Assembly: GCF_009914755.1 (NCBI RefSeq)
Contig: NC_060935.1
DNA from: the human T2T-CHM13v2.0 reference genome, Homo sapiens
Direction: 5' to 3' (one strand)
Length of the DNA stretch: 64,000 bases
Shown here: in pieces, positions 1-18,190 of the stretch
Layout of the letters: every line of letters starts with the position of its first letter
How positions within the stretch are numbered: the first letter of the stretch is position 1
Program-made: the position numbers and the translations under genes
The notes under the pieces: model-generated
The model's database searches: none
What the model saw: the letters and a program-made list of their open reading frames with translations, nothing else
What the model was told of the DNA's origin: nothing

Positions 1-156
1 AGAGCAAGAGCTCATTTATCACCAAGGGGATGGCCCAAGCCATTCATGAGAGATCTGCCCCCATGATCCAAGCACCTCCCACTAGGTTCCCCCTCCAACA
101 TTGAAGATTACATTTCAACATGAGATTTGGGTAGAGACAAATATCCAAACTATATC
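1..156 (+). mobile_element. MaLR LTR (MST-type), 3' part
   Basis: Typical MST 3' end 'cccccatgatccaa...cctcccactagg...tttcaacatgagatttgggt...aatatccaaactatatca', terminating in CA. Confidence 0.8.
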
Positions 157-319
157 AAGGAGTGTACAAGCACCCACTTTTGGAGTAGGCACTCTGCCAG
201 GGAGGGAAATGTTTTTCTGCCCATACACAAATATACTCCTTGTTATATTGACTGCTGGATTTGGCCAATTTTCTTTTATTCAGCATACCACTCTAGTCTG
301 CCTTTGGTCTGATGTTCTC

Positions 320-1069
<750 letters not shown>

Positions 1070-2779
1070 TAATCTCTTATTCTTTTTTATACTTCCCTGT
1101 GTTGATTGAGCATTCCAAGGATGTGCTATCTTTATAATCCAGAAGAAATTAGGAATTTAGAATTTAGGAAAAAATATACGTATGTAAAAAACTGGAAGAA
1201 AACCCTCAAATGGCCATACCTTTTGGTTGGAATTATAGATACATTTTTTTCTCCTTTCTTCTCTTTTTTACCCCCAGACTTTCTAGTGTGATTATGATGT
1301 TTATAATAGAAAAATGAATTAAAAATAGTACTAAGAGATAATACTAATTGTTTTCAAGGATGGTTATAGATGCTTTTGCATTCATAGTTGCATATCTACA
1401 TAACAATTCAACCTCTCTTCCATCAGGGTGCCTAGTCAAGAAGGCAGGCACATAAACAACGGACCTTAAACTAAGGTGACAAGTGAGACATCAACAATAA
1501 GAACAAGGCCCCATGGGGCCACCAAGGAGGCACCAGGATCTCTGATCAAGCCAGTAGTGGGGTGGCAAATGACAATAAAACAATATTCATTTGTAGGAAA
1601 GGATTCACAAATCAAGGAGTTGAGACAGACCCCATAGGTCATCCAATTTCTTTCCTGTGAATGTAGCCATCTCCTCCCTTATATCCCATCAGAGGGAATT
1701 CGGTCTTTTCTTGAACAATTGCAGTGACCAGCAAGCTCAAAACCATGGACGTCTGCTATATCCATTGCTGAATGCTCCATTTGTTAGAAAGTCCCTGGTC
1801 ATAGTGATCTCAACTCAGTCTCTTCGAAACTTGTACTCATTGTCCCTCTTTCTATTTTGTGGGTTAACAAGAGGCAGGTCTCTTAGAACATGACTGAATG
1901 CCCTTGGCAGTGGCTTTCAAACTGTCCTGTGAAAGCCAGGTTTCCTGGAGATGCCTCTTCTAAATGCTCTGTTTTGAACTGTGTATGTTCCTTTACAGAG
2001 CGAGGTGGGCACTGAGAACTTCAGCTCAGGTCGGGGCTGGCCAGCTCTGAACCTCACAGGAACAATAGTTCTCTTGCCTTGGACCTGCCTGTCTGTGTAC
2101 AGTGGGGGCCCAGGCCCTGTCATTCTTGCTACCCCATCTCTCATTGTGGCTTCTGTTTCCTAGGTCCTCGAGGATTTTTCTCATTTCCCAGTCTGACTTT
2201 GTAGCCTTTTCCTACCTTTCTCTGCAGCGATAGTTTTGTATTTTCTGCTTAAGTTAGTCAAAATCAACTTCTGTTGTTTGCAACCAAAGAACCCTGTCTG
2301 GTACAGATGGCATTCACTTCTTTATCATAAATAGATATTACATTAATCACTCATGTTAAGATTCTGGTTAACCAAATCCATCCTTACCCCACTCCACCCC
2401 TGATTACTTTATACTGAGGCTGTCACTAAGCCAGATCTGTCTATCCTGTGCATGTGGAAGTGATCTTTTATTTTTACCCTTTAATCTGTCTCCATTACAT
2501 TAAATGTTGTTAATTTGGTCAATTTCTGTTGGGGTTACTTTTAATCTGGATGCCTGGCTTTCATCTATCACACTCAACTAGGTTTTGTCTTATCAGCAGA
2601 TGCCACAAAATAACATAATGCATCCTGGACCACTGTCTAGATTCTGACATATTTTCTTCTGAATTTGATAATGCCAAGTGATGGTGAGAATGTGGGATGC
2701 TGGTGGGGGTATAAACTCATACTACCACTTTGAAGACAGACTGCAGGAAATTAAAATAAAATTAAAAATGGAGATACCT

Positions 2780-3075
2780 TGTCGGGCGTGGTGGCTCATG
2801 CGTGTAATCATAGCACTTGGGAGGCTGAGGCGGGTGGATCACGAGGTCAAGAGATCAAGACCATCCTGGTCAACATGGTGAAACCCATCTCTACTAAAAA
2901 TACAAAAATTAGCCAGGTGTGTTGGCATGCACCTATAGTCCCAGCTACTCAGGAGGCTGAGGCAGGATAATTGTTTGAACTCAGGAGGCGGAAGTTGCAG
3001 TGCGCTGAGATCACACCACTACACTCCAGCATGGGCGACAAAGCAAGACTCTGTCTCAAAAAAAAAAAAAAGAAA
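2780..3075 (+). mobile_element. Alu (AluSc-like)
   Basis: Full Alu dimer with poly-A; 'ggatcacgaggtcaagagatc' diagnostic. Confidence 0.93.
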
Positions 3076-3131
3076 AAAAACCCACAACAACAAAAACCTA
3101 TACCCTATAACAGAGAAATCTTATTTCTAGG

Positions 3132-3940
3132 TAAAATGGAAAATGTTCCCTTGTCCCCCTTGCAGGGTGTGCAATGGGGGTGTGGCTCGCTTCTTTGGTG
3201 CCCCACTGCTCAAACCTCCATGGGGAGCATGCAGACGGTCAGGCTGTGGTGCTCTGACCCCATAGCAGTGTCTAGGGGTGAATGTTTACCTGAAGCCCCA
3301 GTGGGCGTATGTTACAGGGTGCTCTTTCAGTTTAGCAGTCCGTAGGTAGCTTGTGTTACTCAGCTGAATTAGACCCCTGCCTTATCGCAAGGACGGAGGG
3401 CTTTCCGTGTCCTGGGGTTTTTGCCTTGGTGTACCGGAAGAATCAGATCACTCATGTGCTTGGAGAATGAATGCAAGGTTTTATTGAGTGGAAGTAGCTC
3501 TCAGAAGATGGGGGGGCCAGAAGGGAGATGGTTTTCCCCTGGAGTCAGGATGCCCAGCAGCCAGGATCTCCTCCGTCTGCCCCAGCCAAACTCTGCATTG
3601 TTCCAGGAGTCGATGGCCTGCCAGTGTGTTCTTCTGCCAGCATGCTCCTCTGGACATCCTCTTGACATCCAGCCGCTTGTGTGTGCTTGTTGTTCTTCCG
3701 CTGGTGTGTTCCTCTTGATGTCCAGCCACTTGTGTCTCTTCTCGCTAGGGTCTTAGGGTTTTTATAGGCACAGGATGGGGGTGTGGCAGGCCAGGGTGGT
3801 CTTGGGAAATGCAACATTTGGGTGTGAAAACAGGAGGGCCTGTCCTTACCTAGGTCCATGGGCACAGGCCCGAGGGTGGAGCCCTTGCCAGGAACTATGC
3901 TCTTCTCCTCCCAGCACTTCCCTGCCCCCCTCCCATATCA
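3132..3940 (-). mobile_element. ERV1 solo LTR (LTR1-family-like)
   Basis: Minus strand starts TGATATGGGAGGGGGGCAGGGAAGTGCTGGG; 4-bp TSD 'tagg' at 3128-3131 and 3941-3944; TATA (plus ttttatagg ~3760) and AATAAA (plus tttatt 3479-3484) in LTR order. Confidence 0.85.
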
Positions 3941-4419
3941 TAGGTATACATGCTAAATAAGGTCTTCCACATGGCACATAGAGCTAAGTATTAGAATGCA
4001 GATTGTAATAACAAAGTATTGGAAATGATGTACTATATTCATAAAATGAAATATTGTTTTAAAAATAGATTAGATCAAATTTATTACCAGGGATAAATCT
4101 CAAATATATAATGTCAAATGAAAAAAAGGAAATAGCAAAAGAATATACCTGGTATAAAACCATTTGTGAATTAAAAAAAAGAAAAAAATACATATGTGAT
4201 TTTGGATACCTCTATGCATGGTAAAAGTTTAATAACATATGGAAGGGATACATATCAACTTCAGACTAATGGTTATCTCATGGAGAAGAAGGGACAAGAA
4301 AGAGATGGTGTGAGAAGGACTGATTCTATAATGACTCTATAATGATTTATGTGGAAATCTTTTTAAACTAACCTTTCTATAGATTTTTATGGTTATTAAA
4401 GCACTCGGTGCTGCAGATG

Positions 4420-4640
4420 ACAATCTGGGGTCATACTGATCTGAGTCCAATTCCGGCTTCAGCTGTACAACCACAGGTAAATTGTGTAAGCTCCATCAGC
4501 ATCAGTTTTCTCCTCTGTTAAATGGGAACAATAATTAAGCCTATTTTACAGACTTGCCATGAGAGTGGAATTATATTAGACATCTGAACTGTTGAGCATG
4601 GTGCTTGGTTTGTAATAGCGCTAAATAAATGTGAAATATT
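4420..4640. mobile_element. MIR SINE
   Basis: Core-like 'cagttttctcctctgttaaatggga...ataattaag' and 'agcatggtgcttggtttgtaatagcgctaaataaat'. Confidence 0.65.
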
Positions 4641-5176
4641 GGTTTCTTTCCTCTTGCTGAGGCTAGTGAAGCATAAATGGAAGAGGGTAGGAGTGGGAAG
4701 TGGTAGGATGGGGAGGGCAGGGAGGAGGATGAATAAGAGTTGTATTCACAGCCGATGTGGGGAACAACACCATGGGAGAGAGGAACTCCATAAGTGAGAG
4801 ACCGCACTTAAGGAGAAGGCAACGAGTGAAACAGCTGGAAGCATTAGGGAAAAACAACCCAATGCAGCAAGTAACCCAATCCAGTGAAATGAGCTGGGAA
4901 TCATGGCAGACCAGAGACCAGGAGAAGAAAATATATTTACACTCGTGGAAGGAAATGCAAATGGAAAGACAAATCCCCAGACTGGAGCAAGCAGGCTGGC
5001 CCTGCATCCCTCCTCTCCCTGGGGGCTTCGCAGTCCCCGAGTCTGCCTTTTGCAGGTTACTTCTTTCTTAACCCTTTTCAACTTTACTCAGATTCTGTCA
5101 GGAATCCAGATGGAATAGGCTGGGCTACACTTCTCTTGAAACAATCTTCGACCACCTTACCCTGTGCTTTCAGGAA

Positions 5177-5527
5177 TGCTATGGTTTGAATGATGGTGTT
5201 GCCTCCAAAATTCAGGTGTAGAGGCTTAATGGCTAGTGTGATAGTATTAAGAGGCGGGTCCTTTAAGAGGCAATTAGGTCATGAGGCTCCTCCCTCATGA
5301 GTGGGATTAGGGAGCTTATAAAAGGACTTGAGGGAGAGGATTTGCTGGCCTTTTCTTTGTGTCTTGCCCTTCCACGTGTGAGAATGAAGCAAGAAATGCT
5401 CACCAGATGCCAGCACCTTGATCTTGGACTTCTCAGCTTCCAGAATTTGTGAGGAAATACATTTCTGTTCTCTGTAAGTGGCTCAGTCTCAGGTATTTTG
5501 TCATAGTAGCACAAATGGCTTAAGACA
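5177..5527 (-). mobile_element. MaLR solo LTR (MST-type)
   Basis: TG...CA termini ('tgctatggtttgaat' ... 'gcttaagaca'), flanking direct repeat caggaa, internal 'gccagcaccttgatcttggacttc'. Confidence 0.85.
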
Positions 5528-6136
5528 CAGGAAATGAATGAAGTGTGGTGACCTTATAAAATTTTGTGCTCTTAAAACCCTGAAAAGCTGGTGTGAGTGA
5601 GGACTTTCAGAGATAACTCATTGCTTCAGCTACAGAAGGGCAAAGGCTGGCCAAGTGACTCTCATTACCTTTTACCTTGAATCCTGCACCCCATTCTCCA
5701 CTTTTCCACCTCCTCTCTTTCCCAGTCCAGTTTTATTTTTCTGAGATAGAGTTCAAGTTTATCATTCTTGTGCTCAAGAACATTCAATAGCTTCCCCATC
5801 GTCCTCAAAATTAAGGACTGGTTCTTCGGTTTAACCTTCAGGAACCTGCCATAATTTTACCCTAACCCATTTTTCTAACTTTTCCAACTTATTTTTCCTC
5901 TAGACTGATTCTTACATCACTACATTCCAGCACCCCCCCAACATTTACTGCTTTTCCATCTTTGCTCTTTTCATCATGTGTTCCCTCCATCCTCCCATTT
6001 CCATGTATCCAAATTTTTCTCATCCTTCATAGACTACTTCAAATGCCATTTGCTTTGTAAAGCATTTTTGGATCCACTTTCCTTCCTCCCCTAGCTGGAC
6101 GTAAGTATTCAGTTCAATTTTACTTAAGAAACTATT

Positions 6137-9100
6137 GAGATTGGAGTCCAGATTGCCAACTAGATGCAACCAGGAAAAGCTTCTTCCACTGAGAGACAAG
6201 ACCATCAAGCAGAGCAGCACACTCCAAGATCTTCAGGAGGAAGGCACTGAGAGCAGCAGATGGGGGACAGACAGAGGGAGGATGCAGGCCCTGGGCTGAA
6301 GTGGGGAGGTCAGTGGGGACTCTGCATGGGGTTGCTGAGCACCAGGACTCATTCCTGGCCACAGGAAGTTCCTGGAGAAGGAGTGAGTTAAATAGGTGTG
6401 GAGCGGCCCACTCTCACCATGGACCTCTGGAATCCTAGCTGCATGAGACCCCATGACCCCATGGGCATTTGAGCTGGTAGTGAGAGCTGCTTGGGGAGTT
6501 GGTGGGGACAGGTCTCTAGCCATGCAGAGCCCAGAGGGTTTGGTGCAGGAATGGCTGCAGTGGAGTATATTCAGGAACCCCCATCCTCCAAGGCTCACCA
6601 TGCTCCTCTAGGTGCCTGTGACCTTTGTTGACTGTCAGACCTAAACAGAGCAGGGCTATGTTGCCTGTGGGATGGGCAACCCCCATGTCTGAGCACCCCC
6701 ATGTCTGCTTGCCTCTCCTTGGGTTCCTGCTTGGCTGCGCCCACTTGCAGTACAGCCTTAGATGCCCAACTAGGGCATTTACCAGGAGCCACCACCATTT
6801 CTCCTTCATGAGCACACCCTGTGTAACCACTGGTGAGCTTCTGCAGATGGGCCAGCATTGGCATGCACTCACTTGCGGCCTCCTCCTGTTGGTTTGCAGG
6901 TGTGCATGGGTGGACCTTGCCACCCTGCTGCCACTGGTGCATATGCACAGACCTCACTGCCATGCCATCACTGGACAAGTGGACACATGTGGTCTCCACC
7001 ACCCCACTGCCACCAGTACCCAAGTGTGCATGCTAACTCTGCTGTGCCACTGCACTGCCACCCCCATATACATGCAGGTAGATTCCATTACACTGCAATT
7101 ACTGGTGCATGTGCATACATGGACACTGCTGCTCTGCTGCCACCCGTGCATGCAAACACTGCCATGCCACCACCCTGCTGTTGCTAGCACATGTGCATGA
7201 GCATGGACCCTGTTGCCACCACTCTGATGAGGCATTTTTTGCCAGCACCCCCAAGGAGAGTGTTGTGGCCAGTGGACTGGGAACACCTCAGCCCCTCCAG
7301 TGCAGCAGGTGCTTAACCTTGAGGGGCCAGAGAACAAAGAAGCTGTGGGCCTGGTCCCAGCCCTTCAGGGTTAGAGAACACAGGCCAGGAATGCTAAGCT
7401 GAGCCTTGGCTCCCTGAAATCATCCAGAAATGAAGCCAGTAGATTGAACCCAACTTATACCACAATCAAACCCTCAAGGGCATCAAGGATATAAAAGCAA
7501 AAGGCCCCATCCAAAAGACAGCAATTTCAAACATCAAAGGAACATCAGTTCACAGAGATGAGAAAGAACCTGTGCAAAAACTCTGGCAACTCAAAAGCTA
7601 GAGTGTCTTCTTACCTCCAAAAGACCACACTAGTTCCCCAGCAATAGCTCTTAACTAGGCTGCAATGGTTGAAATGACAGACATAGAATTCAGAATTTGG
7701 ATGGCAACAAAGATCATCGAGATTCAGAAGAAAGTTGAAACCCAATCCAAAGAATCCAGCAAAATTTTACAAGAGCTGAAAGACAAAATAGCCATTTGAA
7801 TTAAAAACCAAACTGATCCGGTATAGCTGAAAAACTCACTACAAGAATTTCATAATACAATCATAAGTATTAACAGCAGAATAGACAAAGCTGAGGAAAG
7901 AATCTCAGAGCTCGAAGAATGGTTCTTTAAGCCAACTCAGCAGACAAAAATAAAGAGAAAAGAGTGAAGGAAACCACTGAGAAATATGGGATTATGGAAA
8001 GAGAGACCAAACCTATGACTCATCGGCATCCCTGAAAAAGGAGGAGAGTGAGCGAGCAACTTGGAAAACATATTTGAGGATATTGTCCACAAAAATTTCC
8101 CCAGCCTTTCTAGAGAGATTGATGTTCAAATTTAGGAAATTTAGAGAACCTCTGCAAAATATACAAGATGACCATCCTCAAGACACACGGTAATTCAGAT
8201 TCTCCAAAGTCAATGTGAAAGAAAAAAATATTACAGGCAGTTAGAAAGAAAGGGCAGGTCACCTACAATGGGAGCCCCATCAGGCTAACAGGGGAGCTTT
8301 CAGCAGAAACCCCATAAGCTAGAAAAGATTGGGGGGCCTATATTTAGCATTCTTAAAGAAATTTTGACCATGAATTTTATATCCAGCCAAACTAAGCTTC
8401 ATAAGTGAAAGAGAAGTAAGATCCTTTTTAGACAAGCAAATGCTAAGGGAATTAGCATTATAACCAGCCTTATAAGAGGTCTTTAAGGGAGTCCTAAACA
8501 TGGAAATGAGTGACTGTTACGGGCCACCACAAAAACACACACACTTAAGTAATAGACCATTGACACTATAAAGCAACTACACAATCAAGCCTAGATAACA
8601 ACCATCTAACAATATGATGACAGGATCAAATCAGCATACATCAATATTAACCTTGAATGTAAATGGGCTAAATGCCCCACTTAAAAAGTGCTGAGTAGCA
8701 AGTCAGATAAAGAAGCAAGGCCTAACTCTATGCTGTCTTCAAGAGACCCATCTCACATGCAATGACACCCATAAGGCCAAAGTAAAGGGATGGAGAAAAA
8801 TCTATCAAGCAAATGGAAAACAAACCAAAAAAAAAGATTTTATATTAAAATATAGCAGGGGTTGCTATTCTTATTTTCAACAAAACTGTCTTTAAACCAA
8901 CAATGATCAAAAAGGACAAAGAAGGGCATTACATAATGATAAAGCATTCAATTTGACAAAAGGACTTAACTATCCTAAATATATATTCCCAACACTGGAA
9001 CACCCAGATTTGTAAGACAAGTTCTTATAGACCTGCAAAGAGACTTAGATAACCACAAAATCATAGTGGGAGACTTCAACACCCCACTGACAGTATTAGG

Positions 9101-12100
9101 CAGATCAATGAGGCAGAAAACTAACAAAGATATTCAGGACCTAAACTCAAACTTGACCAAATGGACCTAACAGACATCTACATAACACTCCACCCAAAAG
9201 CACATGGCATACACTCTAAAATCAACTGCATGCTCAGCTATAAAGCAATTCTCAACAAATAAAAAAAAAAAACAAACCTGAAATAATACCAACAATACTC
9301 CTGGACTACAGTACAATAAAAAAATCAGTACCAAGGAGATCTCTCAAAACTATACAATTATACGGAAATTAACCTGCTCCTGAAGGCCTTTTGGGTAAAC
9401 AAAGAAATTAAGGCAGAAATCAAGAAATTCTTTGAAACTAATGAAAACAGAGATATAACATAGTAGAATCTCTGGGATGCAGCTAGAACAGTGTTAATAA
9501 GAAAGTTTACAGTGCTAACTGCCCACATCAAAAAGTTAGATCTCAACTTAAAAACCTAACATCACACCTAGAGGAACCAGAAAAACAAGAGAAAACCAAC
9601 CCCAAAGCTCACAGAAGAAAAGAAATAACCAAAATCAGAGCTGAACTGAATGAAATTGAAGCACAAAAAATACTATACAACAGATTAACAAAACCAAAAG
9701 TTTGTTTTCTGAAACAATAAAATTGATACACTACAAGCTAGGGTAATAAAGAAAAACAGAGAAAAGATCCAAATATACACAATCAGAAATGACAATGGGG
9801 AACATTATCATTGATCCAAAAGAAATATAAAAAACCCTCAGTGACTACTATGAACACCTCTATGCATAAAAACTAGAAAACCTAGAAGAAGTGGATAAAG
9901 TCCTGGAAACATATAACCTTCCAAGATTGGACCAGGAAGAAATTGAGACCCTTAACAGACCACAATAATGAATTCCAAAGTTGAAGCAGTAATAAAAAGC
10001 CTACCAACCAGAAAAAGCCTGAACCAGATGGATTCATGGCTGAATTCTACCAGATATATAAGGAAGAACTGGACCAATTTTACTGAAACTATTGCAACAA
10101 GTTGAGGAGGAGGGACTCCTCCCTAACTCATTCTGTGAGGCCAGCATCATTCAGGCAGAGACACAATGAAAAAAGAAAACTTCAGGCTAATAACCTTGAT
10201 TAATATACATGCAAAAATACTCAACAAAATACTAACCAACTGAATCCAGAAGCACATCAAAAAGCTAATCCACCATAATCAAGTAGGCTTTAATCATTGG
10301 GATGCAAGTTTTGTTCAAGATATACAAATCAATAAATGTGATTCATCACATAAACAGGATTAAAAACAGAAACCACATGATCTCAATAGAAGCAGGAAAG
10401 GCTTTCAGTAAAATTCAACATCCTCTCATTAAAAACCTCAACAAGCTATGCATTAAAGGAACATACGTAAAAATAATAATAGCTATCTGTGACAGACCCA
10501 CAACCAGCATCATACTGCATGGGCAAAAGCTGGAATCATTCCCCTTCAGAACTGGAACAAGACAAGGATGCCCACTCTCACCACTCCTATATAACATAGT
10601 ACTGGAAGTCCTTGCCATAGTAATCGGGCAAGAGAAAGGAATAAAAGCCATCCAAATAGGAAGAGCGGAAGTAAAACTATCTCTGATTGCCAATGATATG
10701 ATTCCATACCTAGAAATTCCCATAGTCTCTGCCTAAAGGCTCCTAGATCTGATAAACAACTTCAGCAAAGTTTCGGGATAGAAAATCAATGTACAAAATT
10801 GGTAGCATTTCTATATACCAATATTGTCCAAGCTGAGAAACAAATCAAGAATGTAATCTCATTTACAATAGCCACAAAAAGAATAAAATACCTAGGAATA
10901 CAGCTATCCAGGGAGGTGAAAGATCTCTACAGTGATAATTCTAAAACACTGCTGAAATAAATCAGAGATAACACAAACAAATGAAAAAGCGTCCCATTTG
11001 TTTACGACAAGAATTACAAAACACTGCTGAAAAAAACTGGAGATAATACAAACAAATGAAAAAACATCCCATGCTCATGGATAGGAAGAATCAATATTGT
11101 TAAAATGACCATACTGCCCAAAGCAATGTACAGTTTCAATGCTATTCCTATCAAGCTACCAATGATGTTTTTCACAGAATTAGAAAAAACTATTCTAAAA
11201 TTTATACGGAATCAAAAAAGCCCAAATTGCAAAAGCAATCCTAATAAAAAAGAACAAAGCTGGAGGCATCACACTACCTGATTTTATTTTACAAAACTAA
11301 CCAAAACATGATGGTACTGGTACAAAAAGTTACACAGGTCAATGGAAAAGAATAGAGCACCCAGATATAAAGCCACATGCTTACAAACATCTGATCTTTG
11401 TCAAAGTTGACAAAAACAAGCAACGGGGAAAGGACCTCCGATTCAATATATGGTGCTGGGATAACTGGCTAGCTATATGCAGAAGAATGAAGCTGACCCC
11501 TTCCTTTCACCATATACAAATGAAAGGACCCCTTCCTTTCACCATATACAAAAATCAACTCAGGATGAATTAAAAATTTTAAAATAAAACCTCAACCTAT
11601 AAAAACCCAAGAGGAAAACCTAGGAAATAGCATTTTGGACATAGGCCTTGGCAAAGATTTTATGATGAAGACTCCAAAGCAGTTGCAGCAATAACAAAAA
11701 CTGACAAGTGGGACCTAATTAAAGAGTTTCCACACAGCAAAAAGCAAACAAACAAACAAGAAAAACCTATCAACACAGTAAACAGAAAACCTACAGAGTT
11801 GAAAATATTTGCAAATTATGTGTCCGACAAAGGTCTGGATGTTAGCATCCAGAATCTATAAGGAACTTAAATTTACAAGCAAAAAACAAACAACCTCATT
11901 AAAAAATGGGCAAAGGACCTGAATAGACACTTCTCAAAAGAGGACATACACATGGCTAACAAGCATAGGAAAAAAATGTCCATATCACTAATTATCCGAG
12001 AAATTCAAATCAAAACCACAATGAGATACCATCTCACACCAGTCAGAATGGCTATTATTAAAAAGTCAGAAAATAACAGATGCTGGTGAGGTTGTGTAGA

Positions 12101-12754
12101 AAAGGTAATATTTGTATACTGCTGGTAGGAATGCAAATTAGCTCATCCATTGTGGAGAGCAGTTTGGAGGTTCCTCAAATAACTTAAAACAGAGCTAGCA
12201 TCCCACCTAACAATCCCATTCCTGGGTATATACCCAAAGGAATAGAAATCATTCTACCACATAGACACATACTTGCATATGTTCATCACAGCACTATTCA
12301 CAATAGCAAAGACATGGAATTAACCCAGATGCCCAACAACAATAGACTGGATAAAGAAAATGTGATACATATACACCATGGAATACTATGCAGTTATAAA
12401 AAAGAACAAAATCGTGTCCTTTGTAGCAACAAAGATGCTGCTGGAGGCCATTATCATCTGTGAATTTACATAGGAACAGAAATCCAAAAACCACATGTTC
12501 TCACTTAGAAGTAGGAACTAAAAATTGAGGACACATGGACAAGTAGAAGGAATAAGAGACGCCAGGGCCTACTTGAGGGTGAAGGGTAGGAGGAGGGTGA
12601 GGATAATAAGAACTGTCTATTGGGTACTGTGCTTATTACCTGGGTGATGAAATAATCTGTACACCAAAGCTGCATGACATGCAATTTACTCATGTCACAA
12701 ACTTGCACATGTATTCCCTGAACCTAAAATGAAGGTTGGAAAAAAAAAAAAAAA
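6137..12754 (+). mobile_element. Near full-length old L1 (about L1PA13-16/L1PB), ORF1 and ORF2 disrupted
   Basis: 5' UTR with internal tandem array, ORF1 remnants ~7560-8560, ORF2 from ~8615 (RT fragment ORF 10302-10736 '[21 protein letters not shown]'), 3' UTR and poly-A at ~12740; many stops and frameshifts. Confidence 0.93.
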
Positions 12755-12997
12755 GACACTACTATGTTTGCTGGGTATGAGAGGCAAAAAAGAATAACAC
12801 ATCGTCCGTCTCCTCTATCAGGAACACCTAGTCAGGAAGGCAGGCATATAAACAACGAACCCTAAGCCAAGGTGACAATAAGATATCATCAATGAGAACA
12901 AGGCCCTAGGGAGCCACCATGGAGTCACCAGCATCTCTTGCCCCCTAACTTTTCTCTGATTCTTCTCTTGCCCGTTTCCCCCACCATACAATTTCTT

Positions 12998-18190
<5,193 letters not shown>

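Noticed and set aside
6127-6138. TSD for the old L1 (aagaaactattg vs aagacactactatg at ~12753)
   Set aside because: Match too degenerate to assert.
6516-7402. Cluster of 100-190 aa overlapping ORFs rich in C/H/A
   Set aside because: They lie in the tandem-repeat array of the old L1 5' UTR; open frames arise from low complexity.
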